DNA of 64,000 nucleotides from a virus. The notes below the pieces were generated by a model that had not been told where the DNA came from, searched no databases, and saw only the letters and a list, made by a program, of their open reading frames with translations. This document shows positions 37,608 through 47,510 of this stretch, in pieces. How positions within the stretch are numbered: the first letter of the stretch is position 1; each line of letters opens with the position of its first letter. The DNA lies in IMG/VR virus record IMGVR_UViG_3300020198_000009, positions 1-64,000 of that record; one strand, given 5' to 3'. Position numbers and translations under genes: made by a program.

Positions 37608-38417
37608 ATGGCCGGCCTGCGAGATCTCGACGGGCGCCGCTACGACGCCTTCACGAGGCTGGGCGACAGCGAAGCCCCGCCTAATCCGACCTCCAAGGTC
37701 GTCTGGCGAGACGAGCTGGCGGGAGACCTGCCCAACCCGGCCTTCACCTTCCTGCTCTCGGGTCCGCCCGAGGCGGCCATGGCCCATGTCGGGTCCATGA
37801 CCCCCATCGGCATGGTGCAGGGCATCCAGTACGCCACCGCCCGGCAATCGGCCGACATCCCCGAACTGGGCGCCAAGCACTACCACACCTTCGGGTCGCG
37901 GTTCAAGCACAACATCACCATCGGGCGCATCTGGGCGCGATCGGCCAATCTGCTCGGAGCCCTGTACCGCTGGCACATCCGGCAACTCACGACCGATAAC
38001 GTCCAGGGCGGAAGCCCGGGAGCCAGGCTGATGTACGACCCGGCTTACCGGCAGCCCGTCGAGGCCAAGGCGCCCACGGTACCCGCAAGGGATCAGGGGC
38101 GAAGCTACCAGATCATGAGCGTCGATTCCGACCTGCTGGCCATCCCGCTGGGCCTGTACGTGCTCTACCTGACCGACGACGGCCAGGCGATCGCCGGCGA
38201 GTTCTGGGAGCGCTGCATGGTCATGCAGCTCGCCCGGGCGATCGACGTCAACAACCCGCTCATGCTGGAGAACATGCAGCTGGTCGCCCGGCGCGTGGTC
38301 CCTATGCTCTTCGGGGCGCCCTCGGGCGGCTTTGCTCGCCAGAAGGTGATCATCCCGGATCGCTCCGAGGGGCCCGACTTCCGCCCACCCCCGCGCCCCG
38401 CCATGGAATCGGCCTAG
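37608..38417 (+). CDS. Tail tube-like protein 2 (paralogue)
   Basis: Same motifs: SGPP, PIGMVQ, ELG, NLL.ALY, DSDL..IPLGL, E.WERC. Confidence 0.65.
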   Translation: MAGLRDLDGRRYDAFTRLGDSEAPPNPTSKVVWRDELAGDLPNPAFTFLLSGPPEAAMAHVGSMTPIGMVQGIQYATARQSADIPELGAKHYHTFGSRFKHNITIGRIWARSANLLGALYRWHIRQLTTDNVQGGSPGARLMYDPAYRQPVEAKAPTVPARDQGRSYQIMSVDSDLLAIPLGLYVLYLTDDGQAIAGEFWERCMVMQLARAIDVNNPLMLENMQLVARRVVPMLFGAPSGGFARQKVIIPDRSEGPDFRPPPRPAMESA

Positions 38418-38498
38418 GCTTCGAGGCGCGGCAACGGACCGACGTCCGGTGCCAGCCGGGGCAGACCCATGTCGGGCAGGACGGACTCGGACGACGTG

Positions 38499-39443
38499 TC
38501 AGGACCAGACGCCGGTTTCGGGGTTGCGCGTGCCAGGTCCTGCTCCAGTCGCCGAAGGTCGATACCCGGGCCCATCCTCCGCACCGCCGAGCGAATCCTT
38601 TGCCATGGCTGCATCGAGCACCTCCGCGAAGACCGTCTCGAAATCCCGGCCCTCGACCGGATCGAGATACCACATCCGGGATCTGTCTGGAAAGGCGAAG
38701 TCGGGGATGGGCAGGCGCGCCAGCGGCCCACCGATGTCGGCTTCCTTGATCGTGAGGATCTGGCGCACGCCATAGCGCCGGCGCTCGGTGCGCTGGACGC
38801 CCGTGACGTGCCAGACGTGGTTGGGCGGCACCATCTCGACCAGCACATCCTCGGGGGCGATGAGCGTCCAGTTGCTGGTCCAGCAGTTCCCGTTGGAATT
38901 CTCGCTGATGATTTCCTCGCGCACCTCGACCCCCTGGCTCTTGAGGGCCTGGATGCCGATGTAAAAGGGGACCGGTGGGTAGTAGCCGCCCTCCAGGCCA
39001 ACCCCGAAGCACACGGTGCAGTTGCTTCCGGCCGGCCCGCGCACCGGATCGCGCGCGCAGCGCGTACAGCGCTTGCCGCTGCGCCGACGCGCGTAGAGCA
39101 GGGCCGGCACGCCATCGAAACGGGCCAGCTGGAAGCGCTCGCGCCGCCCGAAGCGCAGGGCCGCATCGTCGGGGGCCACCGACAGCGCCGCGACGTTCGA
39201 GACCACCCGCTCGCCCTCGACGATGGCCTCAACCCGGTAGAAAAGTGGATCGAACTTGCCGTGACGCACGATGCGATCGACGTAGGCCAGGGCCTTGACG
39301 GCCCCCACCGGCTCGAAACCCGTGACGGCGCTGCCCGAGCGCTGGACCTCGAAGCGCACGTCGTCCTCGATGTCCTCGGAGGGCTCCCAGCGCAGCGCAA
39401 TGCGATCGTGCGACACGAAGAGCGTCTGGAGCCGGATCTCCAT
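38499..39443 (-). CDS. Neck/head-closure protein (FN3-like N-terminus, CxxC Zn fingers)
   Basis: LRWEP....FEVQRS....GF; RRSGKRCTRC; CTVCFGVG.EGGYY.P. Confidence 0.65.
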   Translation of the reverse strand: MEIRLQTLFVSHDRIALRWEPSEDIEDDVRFEVQRSGSAVTGFEPVGAVKALAYVDRIVRHGKFDPLFYRVEAIVEGERVVSNVAALSVAPDDAALRFGRRERFQLARFDGVPALLYARRRSGKRCTRCARDPVRGPAGSNCTVCFGVGLEGGYYPPVPFYIGIQALKSQGVEVREEIISENSNGNCWTSNWTLIAPEDVLVEMVPPNHVWHVTGVQRTERRRYGVRQILTIKEADIGGPLARLPIPDFAFPDRSRMWYLDPVEGRDFETVFAEVLDAAMAKDSLGGAEDGPGYRPSATGAGPGTRNPETGVWS

Positions 39444-39446
39444 GGC

Positions 39447-39968
39447 CTAGAGCCAGCCCCAGCCGCCGGGCGACCCGACCCCCGACCAGCCGTTGGCGAC
39501 GTTGAGGCGTGCCTTGAGCTTGTTCATGCGATCGTCGTTGCGCGCCTCCTCGTGGCGGGCGATTTGCAGCAATGGCTGCCATTGCTCGTGGATGGGCACC
39601 TGCAAGCCGGCATCCTGGGCCGACCATTGCTGGCGGGCATGCCAGGTGTAGAGCTTCTGGAGGGCGCCCGCGACGGCCATGTCTTCGAGCAGTTTCCGAT
39701 CGGGGAAGTCCTTGGGCCCATACTGGGTGAACATGGGCGGTGCGGCATTGAACTCGGCGATGGCGTCGACCACGCAGTTGCAGTACTCGTCGTCGGTGAG
39801 CTCGTAGCGCACCAGCTCGTTGAGGTGCGGGTAGTCGCGCAACTCGCCCCGCACGTCCTCGATGGTGATGGCCACCTGGTCCATCACGTCGGCCGGAATC
39901 GGCACCTTGGCCTGGTTCTCATCGAGGGTGTAACCCTTGATGAGATCCTTGGCGCCGTAGGTGGGCAT
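39447..39968 (-). CDS. Head-tail adaptor (neck) protein
   Basis: VR..LRDYP.LN.L...E.TD......DA...FN..PP; D.G; K..LN....W.GV.S; lies next to capsid genes. Confidence 0.65.
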   Translation of the reverse strand: MPTYGAKDLIKGYTLDENQAKVPIPADVMDQVAITIEDVRGELRDYPHLNELVRYELTDDEYCNCVVDAIAEFNAAPPMFTQYGPKDFPDRKLLEDMAVAGALQKLYTWHARQQWSAQDAGLQVPIHEQWQPLLQIARHEEARNDDRMNKLKARLNVANGWSGVGSPGGWGWL

Positions 39969-40050
39969 GGTAGGGTCCTTTCACCAGCAGGCGCCCGCGG
40001 CCGAACCGCGAGCGCCGGGCTGTTGTCGGGTGTCTAGGGGGGGGCGTCGG

Positions 40051-40422
40051 TTATCTCTTGCCGCGCCGCCGCGGCTTGGCGCTGACCCGCTCGGGCCCCA
40101 TGGCCTCGGGCTCGGGAGACTGATCGTCGGCGTCGGTGGCCAGCGGGTCGTCGACCAGGATGGCTGGACCTTCCGGGGCCGGCTCGGGCGCCGGTGGCGA
40201 GGCGGCTGCCATGGCCGGCTTAGGCCTGGGCTTGGCCTCGACCTTGACGGGCGCCGGGCCGATGGCAATCCGGGGCGGATTGGCTTCCAGCCAGCGCCGG
40301 CCGTGATGGCGCAGCCAGTGGTCGAACTGGCGCTGCTCGATGTCCCGGCCCTGGCCCGGGCCGATGGACTTGCCGGCCACGACGATCGTGGCGCGATCGA
40401 GCAGATTGGTCACATAGGGCAT
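40051..40422 (-). CDS. Hypothetical protein downstream of capsid, Pro-rich/basic tail
   Basis: Start after CTATAAT promoter and GAGGA RBS. Confidence 0.5.
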   Translation of the reverse strand: MPYVTNLLDRATIVVAGKSIGPGQGRDIEQRQFDHWLRHHGRRWLEANPPRIAIGPAPVKVEAKPRPKPAMAAASPPAPEPAPEGPAILVDDPLATDADDQSPEPEAMGPERVSAKPRRRGKR

Positions 40423-40456
40423 GCCGCTTCCTCGCTCTGTAGGTCCTACCACTTGA

Positions 40457-40463
40457 ATTATAG
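40457..40463 (-). promoter_or_regulatory. Putative late promoter CTATAAT followed by TGGTAGGACC
   Basis: ctataattcaagtggtaggacc. Confidence 0.6.
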
Positions 40464-40513
40464 GCCGCCGCCCTGCGAGGGGCGACGGCCAGACCAGGCT
40501 CGCGGGCGCCGAC

Positions 40514-41443
40514 CTAGGTCAACGTCTGCTTGAGCACGCCGCGCCGGTTCATGATTGACCGACCGATGATTTCGCGCGTATTGGTCGAGAGGATGCCGTC
40601 CTCGAACTTGAGCCACTGCTCGGCGTCGGCGAGCATCTTGGCGACGCCCAGGTACTTCTGGGGGGCCAGGTAGTATAGTATGCCTTCTGGGATGACGTCC
40701 GAATTATTCGTCGTCGCCCAGACAAGGCCGAACCAGGACTTGTAGCTCGTAGCGTCGCCCTTGGCGCCGTGTTCGACGATCGGCTGCATCACCAGCGAGC
40801 CCACTTCGCTGCTATTCCAACGAAGGATGTCTGCGTACGTCGCTTCGTGCAGCGCTACGCTCTGGACCATCAGTCGATTCCGGCTGACGGCCTTGAGCGC
40901 CTCGGACAGGGCGTCCTTGCTGAACGGGGCTGCGCTGGAGATGTCGTTGTCGTCACCGACCGAAGCGACACAGCGCTCGAAAGCGTTCACCAGGAAGATG
41001 TCCTCGACCGCGAGGATGTCATTCTTGGCGACGCTTTCGACAAAAGTTCGTATCGGGTAGTTGTTGGCGAGCAGCTGGGTCTCGGTCAGGCGGATCGTCT
41101 TGGTCTTGATGGGTTTGAAGTACACCGGCGCGACGCTCGACCGGAACCAGAGATCCTTGGACGGCTGCATGAAGTCGACGGCCGTCGCCAAGTACTCGTT
41201 GAACTGAACGGCCACCGGCACGAAAATGACCGGCACGTCGGGATAGTCCTTGTCGGTCGACAGCTGCATGGGCGTCACCGGCTCGAAGGGGAGCAGGCGA
41301 CGGCCGATGCCGTCTTCCCGGAGCAGGGTCAGGACGATGTCCTCGTTGATGGTGTTGGCCACCTTCTCGCGGCCCGCTTCGCCGTTGCGCAATTCGAGCA
41401 AAAGGCCCTGATTGAGCGTCCGGGCGTCTGCCATGTCACTCAT
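40514..41443 (-). CDS. Major capsid protein (HK97-type, inferred)
   Basis: 309 aa; EKVA leader; LREDG..RR.LP..PVT; KNDI...ED..L; P.G..Y..AP.KYLG; REIIG..I.N..GV. Position after protease/scaffold/decoration genes. Confidence 0.75.
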   Translation of the reverse strand: MSDMADARTLNQGLLLELRNGEAGREKVANTINEDIVLTLLREDGIGRRLLPFEPVTPMQLSTDKDYPDVPVIFVPVAVQFNEYLATAVDFMQPSKDLWFRSSVAPVYFKPIKTKTIRLTETQLLANNYPIRTFVESVAKNDILAVEDIFLVNAFERCVASVGDDNDISSAAPFSKDALSEALKAVSRNRLMVQSVALHEATYADILRWNSSEVGSLVMQPIVEHGAKGDATSYKSWFGLVWATTNNSDVIPEGILYYLAPQKYLGVAKMLADAEQWLKFEDGILSTNTREIIGRSIMNRRGVLKQTLT

Positions 41444-41468
41444 TGTTCGTTTCTCCTCGTTGCTGCGC

Positions 41469-41981
41469 TTACAGCGTGATGCGCGCGGCGATTGAGCTCG
41501 CGCCGACCACTGTCGCCGGAGCCAGGACCTGCCCGATGACCGTGTCGTTGTCGCCGGCCACGTCGAGCTTGCCGTTGGTGATGGTGAGGTTGGCGCCGGC
41601 CGTGTAGTCAGCCAGCTGGGTGCCGCCGTCGGCGATGGTGAGCACCGCGCTCGGCCAGACGCCCTCGATGGTGCCGGCCAGGCCGGTGGGAGTGTCGGTG
41701 CGATCCTCGCCCGGGAATGCGCTGTTCTCGTCGACGATCGCGATGATGCGCTCGGAAAACGCCGTGAAGATGAGCACGCGCTTGCCGGCCGCGGTGTCGG
41801 CCGAGACCCACTTGCCCTGGCCGTCCGGCTTGAGGAACATTCCGTCCTTGATCGCGGCCGCCACGTCGACGGTACTCGCGAGCGGGCAGGGCTGCTTGTA
41901 GTAGTTGCCGGCGATCAGATCGAACTTGCCATCGTCGATGGTCTTGCGCAGATCGCCCGGCTTACCGAAACTGATAGGCAT
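41469..41981 (-). CDS. Putative capsid decoration/cement protein
   Basis: 170 aa immediately upstream of the capsid gene; beta-tulip-like Y.AG..LTI..GKL....D.VIG.V. Confidence 0.55.
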   Translation of the reverse strand: MPISFGKPGDLRKTIDDGKFDLIAGNYYKQPCPLASTVDVAAAIKDGMFLKPDGQGKWVSADTAAGKRVLIFTAFSERIIAIVDENSAFPGEDRTDTPTGLAGTIEGVWPSAVLTIADGGTQLADYTAGANLTITNGKLDVAGDNDTVIGQVLAPATVVGASSIAARITL

Positions 41982-41999
41982 GGTCTTTGCGTCTCCTCG

Positions 42000-42887
42000 T
42001 TAGAGCCCGGAATGGCCGCGATAGGCGTCCAGGCACATCTGCTCGAACCCGTTGGTCTGGGGCTTGCCGGGCGTCTCGGCCCCGACGGCCTCGCCCAGTC
42101 CGGCGGTCTTGAGATTCTCCTGACCGCGCAGGAAGGCCGAGAACAGCGTCTGGGCATCCTCGGGGCTGCGTAGGTAGGTGTCCTCGAAGATCCGCGCGTG
42201 CTTGTCGAGCTCGGCATCCGCGATGACCCCGGCGTCGACCAAGTCGCGGGCGTACTTGGCACCATTGGCCATCGCCGGGATGCGTTCGAGCAGGTCGGCG
42301 GCGGCTTGCAGGTGCGCACTGGCACTCATGGACTCGTGACTCCTCTTTTCTTCCAGGTGCCGGGCGATTTCGGTTCCGCCGTAGGCCGCCGCCGCGTCGG
42401 TGGCGATGTTGCGAACGGTCTTACCGGCTTCGCCCGTGAGGCTGGGGACTCGCACCCCGTGGAAAGTCGTGGCGAAATCCCTGTTCTTGCGGGCTTTTGC
42501 CACCAGGCTCCGGATGTCCTCGCTGGGATTATAGTGATTCTCAATGAGATCCCGGAGGTGATCGCGCAGTACTTTTTCACGCCCTGGGTCCGTTTTTCGG
42601 ACGTTTTCGAGTTTTTTCGCGATTCGCTCCCAATCCTCGGCGCGCACCGTGAGATCCTCGCGCCGCACGAAGGCCCGGTGACGTGGCGCCAAGGCGAAAT
42701 CCACCTTCTCGCCCAGGCGCGCCAGGGCCGCCCCCCATTCGCGGGGATCGGCCGCGGCGGGCAGCGATCGGCCCGTGAACTCGCGACTGACGGCCGAGAT
42801 GGGCCGGTACAGCACATGATGGCCGATGTCGGCCAACAGGCTGCCGTTCTCGGGCCGGACCAGCAGGTCGTGGATGTCGGCCCGCAT
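42000..42887 (-). CDS. Putative scaffold/internal head protein; probable in-frame internal start at 42329
   Basis: C-terminal part MSASAHLQAAADLL..DKHA..KTAGLG has its own RBS (AAGAGGAG) and an internal CTATAAT at 42528-42534. Confidence 0.5.
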   Translation of the reverse strand: MRADIHDLLVRPENGSLLADIGHHVLYRPISAVSREFTGRSLPAAADPREWGAALARLGEKVDFALAPRHRAFVRREDLTVRAEDWERIAKKLENVRKTDPGREKVLRDHLRDLIENHYNPSEDIRSLVAKARKNRDFATTFHGVRVPSLTGEAGKTVRNIATDAAAAYGGTEIARHLEEKRSHESMSASAHLQAAADLLERIPAMANGAKYARDLVDAGVIADAELDKHARIFEDTYLRSPEDAQTLFSAFLRGQENLKTAGLGEAVGAETPGKPQTNGFEQMCLDAYRGHSGL

Positions 42888-42904
42888 CGCGGGACCCCCG
42901 GGGC

Positions 42905-43108
42905 CTAGGCCAATGGAGGCTGGTTGCAGAGCTCCATGAAGATCAGGTCCTCATAGATGCCGGCCAGCTTCTCGGTGTAGATCGGGTCGAACCCGGCGGC
43001 CGCAGCGCCCGGCACCGTGCCGGCGGCCTTCTCGGCGCCCAGCTGCATGGCCGCGGCGCGGAGTTCGGCGGCGACCTTGCCCAGCGCTTCTTCGATCTTG
43101 GGATCCAT
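42905..43108 (-). CDS. Small KxA-motif head protein
   Basis: KVA, KAA, KLA in 67 aa. Confidence 0.55.
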   Translation of the reverse strand: MDPKIEEALGKVAAELRAAAMQLGAEKAAGTVPGAAAAGFDPIYTEKLAGIYEDLIFMELCNQPPLA

Positions 43109-43120
43109 GGGGATGATCTC

Positions 43121-43402
43121 CTAAGAGGCGGCGTAGCCGGCGTTGAAGGCGGCCTGCTTGTCGAGTTCGAACAGGATGGCGTCGAACTCGGGATCGGCGG
43201 CGGCGAGTTTGTCGAGCTGGTCGTAGAAGGCCGTGTTGAAGAGATCGGAAGCCGCGTCGTCCTGGGCATAGGCGCTCTTGACGGCCAGTTCTTCCCAGTA
43301 GGCGTTGTTCCAGGCGATCTCGGCGGCCGATTTGGTCTGCTGGAGCTCGGGGACCGCGCCCTGATTGGCCAGCAGGTTCTGGTAGGCGGTGTAGGGATCC
43401 AT
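43121..43402 (-). CDS. Putative internal head/scaffold protein with MDPYTAY leader
   Basis: MDPYTAYQ; KSA x2, KLA, KQA. Confidence 0.6.
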   Translation of the reverse strand: MDPYTAYQNLLANQGAVPELQQTKSAAEIAWNNAYWEELAVKSAYAQDDAASDLFNTAFYDQLDKLAAADPEFDAILFELDKQAAFNAGYAAS

Positions 43403-43543
43403 GTCTTCCTCCTACTGGACGGAACCAGCGGCGTAGCCGGCGTTGAAGGCGGCCTGCTTCTGCTGCTCGAACAAGAGGGCGTCGAACTCGGGGTCGGCCG
43501 CAGCGAGCTTGTCTATCTGATCGAAGAAGGCCTCGTTGAAGAG
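43128..43543. repeat. Diverged direct repeat of about 116 bp (43128-43243 and 43428-43543) encoding paralogous C-termini
   Basis: LFNxAFxDQxDKLAAADPEFDAxLFExxKQAAFNAGYAA in both genes; first 32 bp identical. Confidence 0.85.
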
Positions 43544-43861
43544 GGCCTGCTTGGTCTGGGGATCGAAATCGTACTCGGCGGCCTCTTTGGCGACCAGGTC
43601 GCCCAGCAGCAGGTTGCGCTCGGCCAGGGCCGCGTTGTAGCGGGTGATGGCCGCGGTCGCGTACGCCGCCTTGATGTGATCGGGCAGATTCGCGATGTCC
43701 TGCGCGATCTTCTCGGCCGGGACTTCCGGATTGCCCTGGCCGGCCGCCTTGATCTCCGGGGCGGCCGGGTCGATCGCCGGAGTCTCGGCGGGTGCCGCCG
43801 CAGCGGCCTTGGTGACCTGTTCCTGCTCCATTGCGGTCAGGAGATCGTCGAGGTAGCTCAT
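43412..43861 (-). CDS. Putative internal head/scaffold protein, KxA-rich
   Basis: KAA, KIA, KEA, KQA, KLA; CTATAAT promoter at 43888-43894. Confidence 0.6.
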   Translation of the reverse strand: MSYLDDLLTAMEQEQVTKAAAAAPAETPAIDPAAPEIKAAGQGNPEVPAEKIAQDIANLPDHIKAAYATAAITRYNAALAERNLLLGDLVAKEAAEYDFDPQTKQALFNEAFFDQIDKLAAADPEFDALLFEQQKQAAFNAGYAAGSVQ

Positions 43862-43888
43862 GGTTTTTCGCAGGGCCTCCTGTTCGAA

Positions 43889-44128
43889 TTATAGAGTGGT
43901 GGTATTACCAACGCCGGTGGCGGACTCGATGCCGCCCGCCAGCGCCCGCACGGCCGGCGGGAAGAGTGCGTAGTCGACGACCGCTCCGGCCCCCTGACCG
44001 ATCAGACCGGCCGGCCCGCGGCCCGGGTAGGTGAAGAAACCCACCAGCGCAGGGATGGCCGACGGATGCCGCTCATCGCCTTCGGCCGCGGCCTTGGCGC
44101 GGGCCATGTACAGCTCGTAGGGCGTCAT
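43889..44128 (-). CDS. Small MTPYE-leader protein
   Basis: MTPYELYMARAKAA followed by a Gly/Ala hydrophobic segment; ATGA coupling to the protease gene. Confidence 0.55.
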   Translation of the reverse strand: MTPYELYMARAKAAAEGDERHPSAIPALVGFFTYPGRGPAGLIGQGAGAVVDYALFPPAVRALAGGIESATGVGNTTTL

Positions 44129-45477
44129 GGCAGGGCGATCCCCAGGCTGCCGTACCCGCACGATCCGGTCGCCGCCTTGTAGAGCCCGTGGTAGATCCCG
44201 AGCCATCGGGCCTGCTCGGCCGAGACCGCCGCGGGTTCTGGATGACGCGCGCCGCTCTTGAGCAATCGGGCCGACAGATGCGGCTCGCGGTAGCTACGGG
44301 CCCAGGCATAGGGTTCTAGCCAGCCGTGGGCCAGGGCAATCTTGGTCCGGTCGGTATCGAGCAGGGGGGTCTGGGCCAGCTTGGCAATGCCCGGCACGTC
44401 GCAATCCGGCCGGGGCGGCGTCGAGACGACCAGTTCGTCGAGATCCAGTGCTGCCACCTTGGCCGCGGGCCCGAAGACCACCCCGAGCAGCTCCGAGGGC
44501 CGCAGGGCCATCCCGAGCTGCTCGCAAGCCGCCAGCGCGTTGCCCAGGCCCAAGCCGGCCAACTTGTCCAGCACGAAGCCCGGCAGGGCCGGCTCGCGAT
44601 CGTAGAGCCCCACCAGGTGGTCCAGGGCGATGTCGGCCGGCAGGTCGAGATCCTTCTTGACGATGGTGGCGTCCTTGGAGTTGCGACCTGTATTCTCAGA
44701 AGCGACCTTCATGAGCAGCATGGCCTCGGGCGCGGCCGGACTCTCGACGAGGCTCTCGTCGAAAAAGTCCGGGAAATCATTTATCATCACGACAGCAACG
44801 CCGTCGGGACGTATCTGACGCAGGGCATAGTCGGGAGAGCCTGGGCGCAGATGACCGCAGTATTGCCGGCGTGTCGGGGCCAGGTTGCCGCAGAGCGGGC
44901 AGCGATCGTAAGGCACACGCGCCGCCATTGATGTTGCGACGTTAAGTCCTCGGTCTGCCCGCTCGGCCCACTTGCGCCCCCGGGTGCGATCGAAGCTGAT
45001 GAGGTTCTCGACCCGGTGCATGCGCGGGTTCCAGAAGGTGTCAAGCACGTTACCCAGGGCCGTCCTGGGGTCCTTGTTGCGGTGCTCCTCGAAGACGTGG
45101 GCCTTGCGGAAGGTCGTATAGCCCCAGGTCTTGGGCAGGCGATGGGCGTAGCGATCGAAGAAGCTCATGGGCACGTCGGCTGGTGGCCGGCCCAGGAGGG
45201 CATTCTCGGGCCACGCGTCGCCGTTGTTGTTGGGCCCCCAGTGCTCGGTCGACCCCAGGCCGATGACCAGCAGGTAGCACTTGCCCTTCTCGGGCACCAC
45301 CTCGCTGGCGGCCTTGACGGCTTCTTCGGCCGCGGCGGTCTTGACCTTGCCATGGCCCAGGCGATCGTCGACCTCCAGGCGGCCACGGCACTCGACCAGG
45401 GGCACGCTGTGCTGCTCGCCCTCGCCCAGGTAGTCGTGCTCGCCGGGCGTGACGAACTTGACGAGATCGTCGCTCAT
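44125..45477 (-). CDS. Prohead (capsid maturation) protease with Zn-ribbon insertion
   Basis: GPNNNGDAWP, TF..AHVFEEH.NKD, TSMAARV.YD.CPLCG...C.HL, FFDESLV..PA...A..LMKVA. Confidence 0.75.
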   Translation of the reverse strand: MSDDLVKFVTPGEHDYLGEGEQHSVPLVECRGRLEVDDRLGHGKVKTAAAEEAVKAASEVVPEKGKCYLLVIGLGSTEHWGPNNNGDAWPENALLGRPPADVPMSFFDRYAHRLPKTWGYTTFRKAHVFEEHRNKDPRTALGNVLDTFWNPRMHRVENLISFDRTRGRKWAERADRGLNVATSMAARVPYDRCPLCGNLAPTRRQYCGHLRPGSPDYALRQIRPDGVAVVMINDFPDFFDESLVESPAAPEAMLLMKVASENTGRNSKDATIVKKDLDLPADIALDHLVGLYDREPALPGFVLDKLAGLGLGNALAACEQLGMALRPSELLGVVFGPAAKVAALDLDELVVSTPPRPDCDVPGIAKLAQTPLLDTDRTKIALAHGWLEPYAWARSYREPHLSARLLKSGARHPEPAAVSAEQARWLGIYHGLYKAATGSCGYGSLGIALP

Positions 45478-47510
45478 CGTTGGGAGCCAACCGGCCCGAG
45501 GGCAATCGGCTTTGGCGTGGGGCGACCCAATGGTCCCCCCATCCCCCAGTCGGCCCGCGTCGGCCGGGCATAGTGCTGCGGCAACAGCGCCGCTAAATCG
45601 CCGCGGGCGCGAAGTGACGCCCTGCCATCTGCCATGATGGCCATTCCTTCATCCCATCCCAAGGGCGCCCCGGGAAGGGAGGGGTGTGGCATGCGGCCGC
45701 TATTGAAGAGCCTGGTAATTCGCTCGGCCTTGGGGTTGATCTGGGCCTTGGCGGCCATTACCTGGCTGACAGCCCGCTGGCGAGCCGCGGGGTAGACGCG
45801 ATCCAATGCCCGAAATTCGTCGGCCTTCCTGGCGTAACCGACAGCATGTCCTACCCCCCGAAGGGCACTGTCCAGGAAGCCGGCCTCCTTGACCTGCTCG
45901 CGCGCAAACGCAAACCCCTCCCAGTAGAGCCTTCCGAGTTCAGCCTGCTTGACGACCCGGGCCGGAGAATCGGCGGGCACGGGGCGACCTTTCAACTTGG
46001 CCAGGGCGGCCGCCACGGCTTCGAGGCCGCGGCCCAAGTGGTCCTTGCCGATGATTTCCTGGGCGATTGGCCAGAGCGGATCGTCGGGACCGACCGGTCG
46101 CAAGGTACCGGGCGGCAGGAAGCCGGCGGCACGCTTGACGCGGCGGCCCGACCAGGCCAGGCGGTTCATCACCTGGGGTGATTGTGCAGCGCTGGCCTGC
46201 GCGGAAGCCATAGCCGCGGCGAACGTATCACGGTTCGTGCGATCCAGGGCGATCGGCAACCTGGCCGACCAGCGACCTCCGGCGTCGCCATGCAAGGCGT
46301 CGATGTGCGCGAAGGCATCGCTCAAAATGGGTCGACGAAACGTTCCATCGCCCGCCTCGGCAGCTGGCACGACTTGGGGTGTCTTTTGCCAGGCGCGCGT
46401 CAGCAAATCACGACTCTGTTGCGTGCGCACGGCGGCTTGTTGGGCCTTCTCGGCCCGCCGTGCCGCCTGGGTGGTGGGCATGTACTTGGCGATATCTCGC
46501 GCCGCCTCGGCCCCGAAAAGATGCTCATTAGCCCGGGCGCCCATCTGATGCACCAGCGTGTCCTGGCCCATCTGCATGAGTTTTGACCCCTGGGGGCCAC
46601 TCGCGAACTCGAATACTTTCTCGAAAATCTGCGCCTGGCGTTGCGGATCGTTGCGCGCCGTGAGGCCATGGACCACCCCGAAGCCGTTCGCGGTGGTAAG
46701 GGCATGCATTTCGGTCGCCTTGCGCGCCGCGAGTAGATCAAGGACGGGCTCATGAGGAACGGGTTGCCCGGTCCGTAACTCGTCGCCCCGGATTTGCAGC
46801 CGATTAGCGACAGCATGGGGATCGACTCGCCGCAACGACCGAGACAAGCCCTCGACACCCTCGGCCCGATAAGGCGCGATGGCCTGCCCGATGCGATGCG
46901 CCCGCAGCAGCTGGGCCGGAGTGTCGGCCGTACGCAGGATTTGCGCCAAGCGCGTCGCGGCCACCTTCTCGGGCACCCCGGCGCCGAACTTGGGTGGCAG
47001 ATGCTCCAGCAGATTGCCGGCCGGACGAAAAAGGCCAGCGGCTGGTCCATGGCTCGCCGGCAACGGCTCGAACAACGGCATGCCAGCCGAAAGGCGCCCC
47101 TTCTGCCGCATGTCTCTCGGATCGGCGGCGCCGAGCCCTAACTTCCTGGGGGGCGCCAAGCGCAGCGCGCCGTCCGGCAATCTCTCCACCAGCGGCGTGT
47201 TGAATTGCCGCATTTCATTCCGCTGACGCGCGTAAGACGCCTCCAGGGCCTCCTCGATGTCATCGGCCGCGCTCTTGTACCCCAGCTGCATGAGCAAGGC
47301 GTCCCGGTGCATGTTGGCCCGGTTGAACCCCGAGGCCGCCCCTACCAATCCGCCGATTGCCGATCCCGCCCCCATGGCCTCCAGGTTCCGCCTGAAGACC
47401 AACCCCGCCAGAGCCCCCAAACCCAGGCCCTTGACCGAGTCCTTGGCCACCTCACCGCCGGTGTAGGCAATGGGGTTGGTCAGGGGTTCGTTGGGGTCGC
47501 CGTAGCTCAT
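45474..47510 (-). CDS. Large putative internal head polyprotein (glycine-zipper N-terminus, multiple KxA sites)
   Basis: GLGLGALAG..GAGSAIGGLVGAASG; KSA, KVA, KRA, KQA, KEA punctuate the protein. Confidence 0.5.
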   Translation of the reverse strand: MSYGDPNEPLTNPIAYTGGEVAKDSVKGLGLGALAGLVFRRNLEAMGAGSAIGGLVGAASGFNRANMHRDALLMQLGYKSAADDIEEALEASYARQRNEMRQFNTPLVERLPDGALRLAPPRKLGLGAADPRDMRQKGRLSAGMPLFEPLPASHGPAAGLFRPAGNLLEHLPPKFGAGVPEKVAATRLAQILRTADTPAQLLRAHRIGQAIAPYRAEGVEGLSRSLRRVDPHAVANRLQIRGDELRTGQPVPHEPVLDLLAARKATEMHALTTANGFGVVHGLTARNDPQRQAQIFEKVFEFASGPQGSKLMQMGQDTLVHQMGARANEHLFGAEAARDIAKYMPTTQAARRAEKAQQAAVRTQQSRDLLTRAWQKTPQVVPAAEAGDGTFRRPILSDAFAHIDALHGDAGGRWSARLPIALDRTNRDTFAAAMASAQASAAQSPQVMNRLAWSGRRVKRAAGFLPPGTLRPVGPDDPLWPIAQEIIGKDHLGRGLEAVAAALAKLKGRPVPADSPARVVKQAELGRLYWEGFAFAREQVKEAGFLDSALRGVGHAVGYARKADEFRALDRVYPAARQRAVSQVMAAKAQINPKAERITRLFNSGRMPHPSLPGAPLGWDEGMAIMADGRASLRARGDLAALLPQHYARPTRADWGMGGPLGRPTPKPIALGPVGSQR

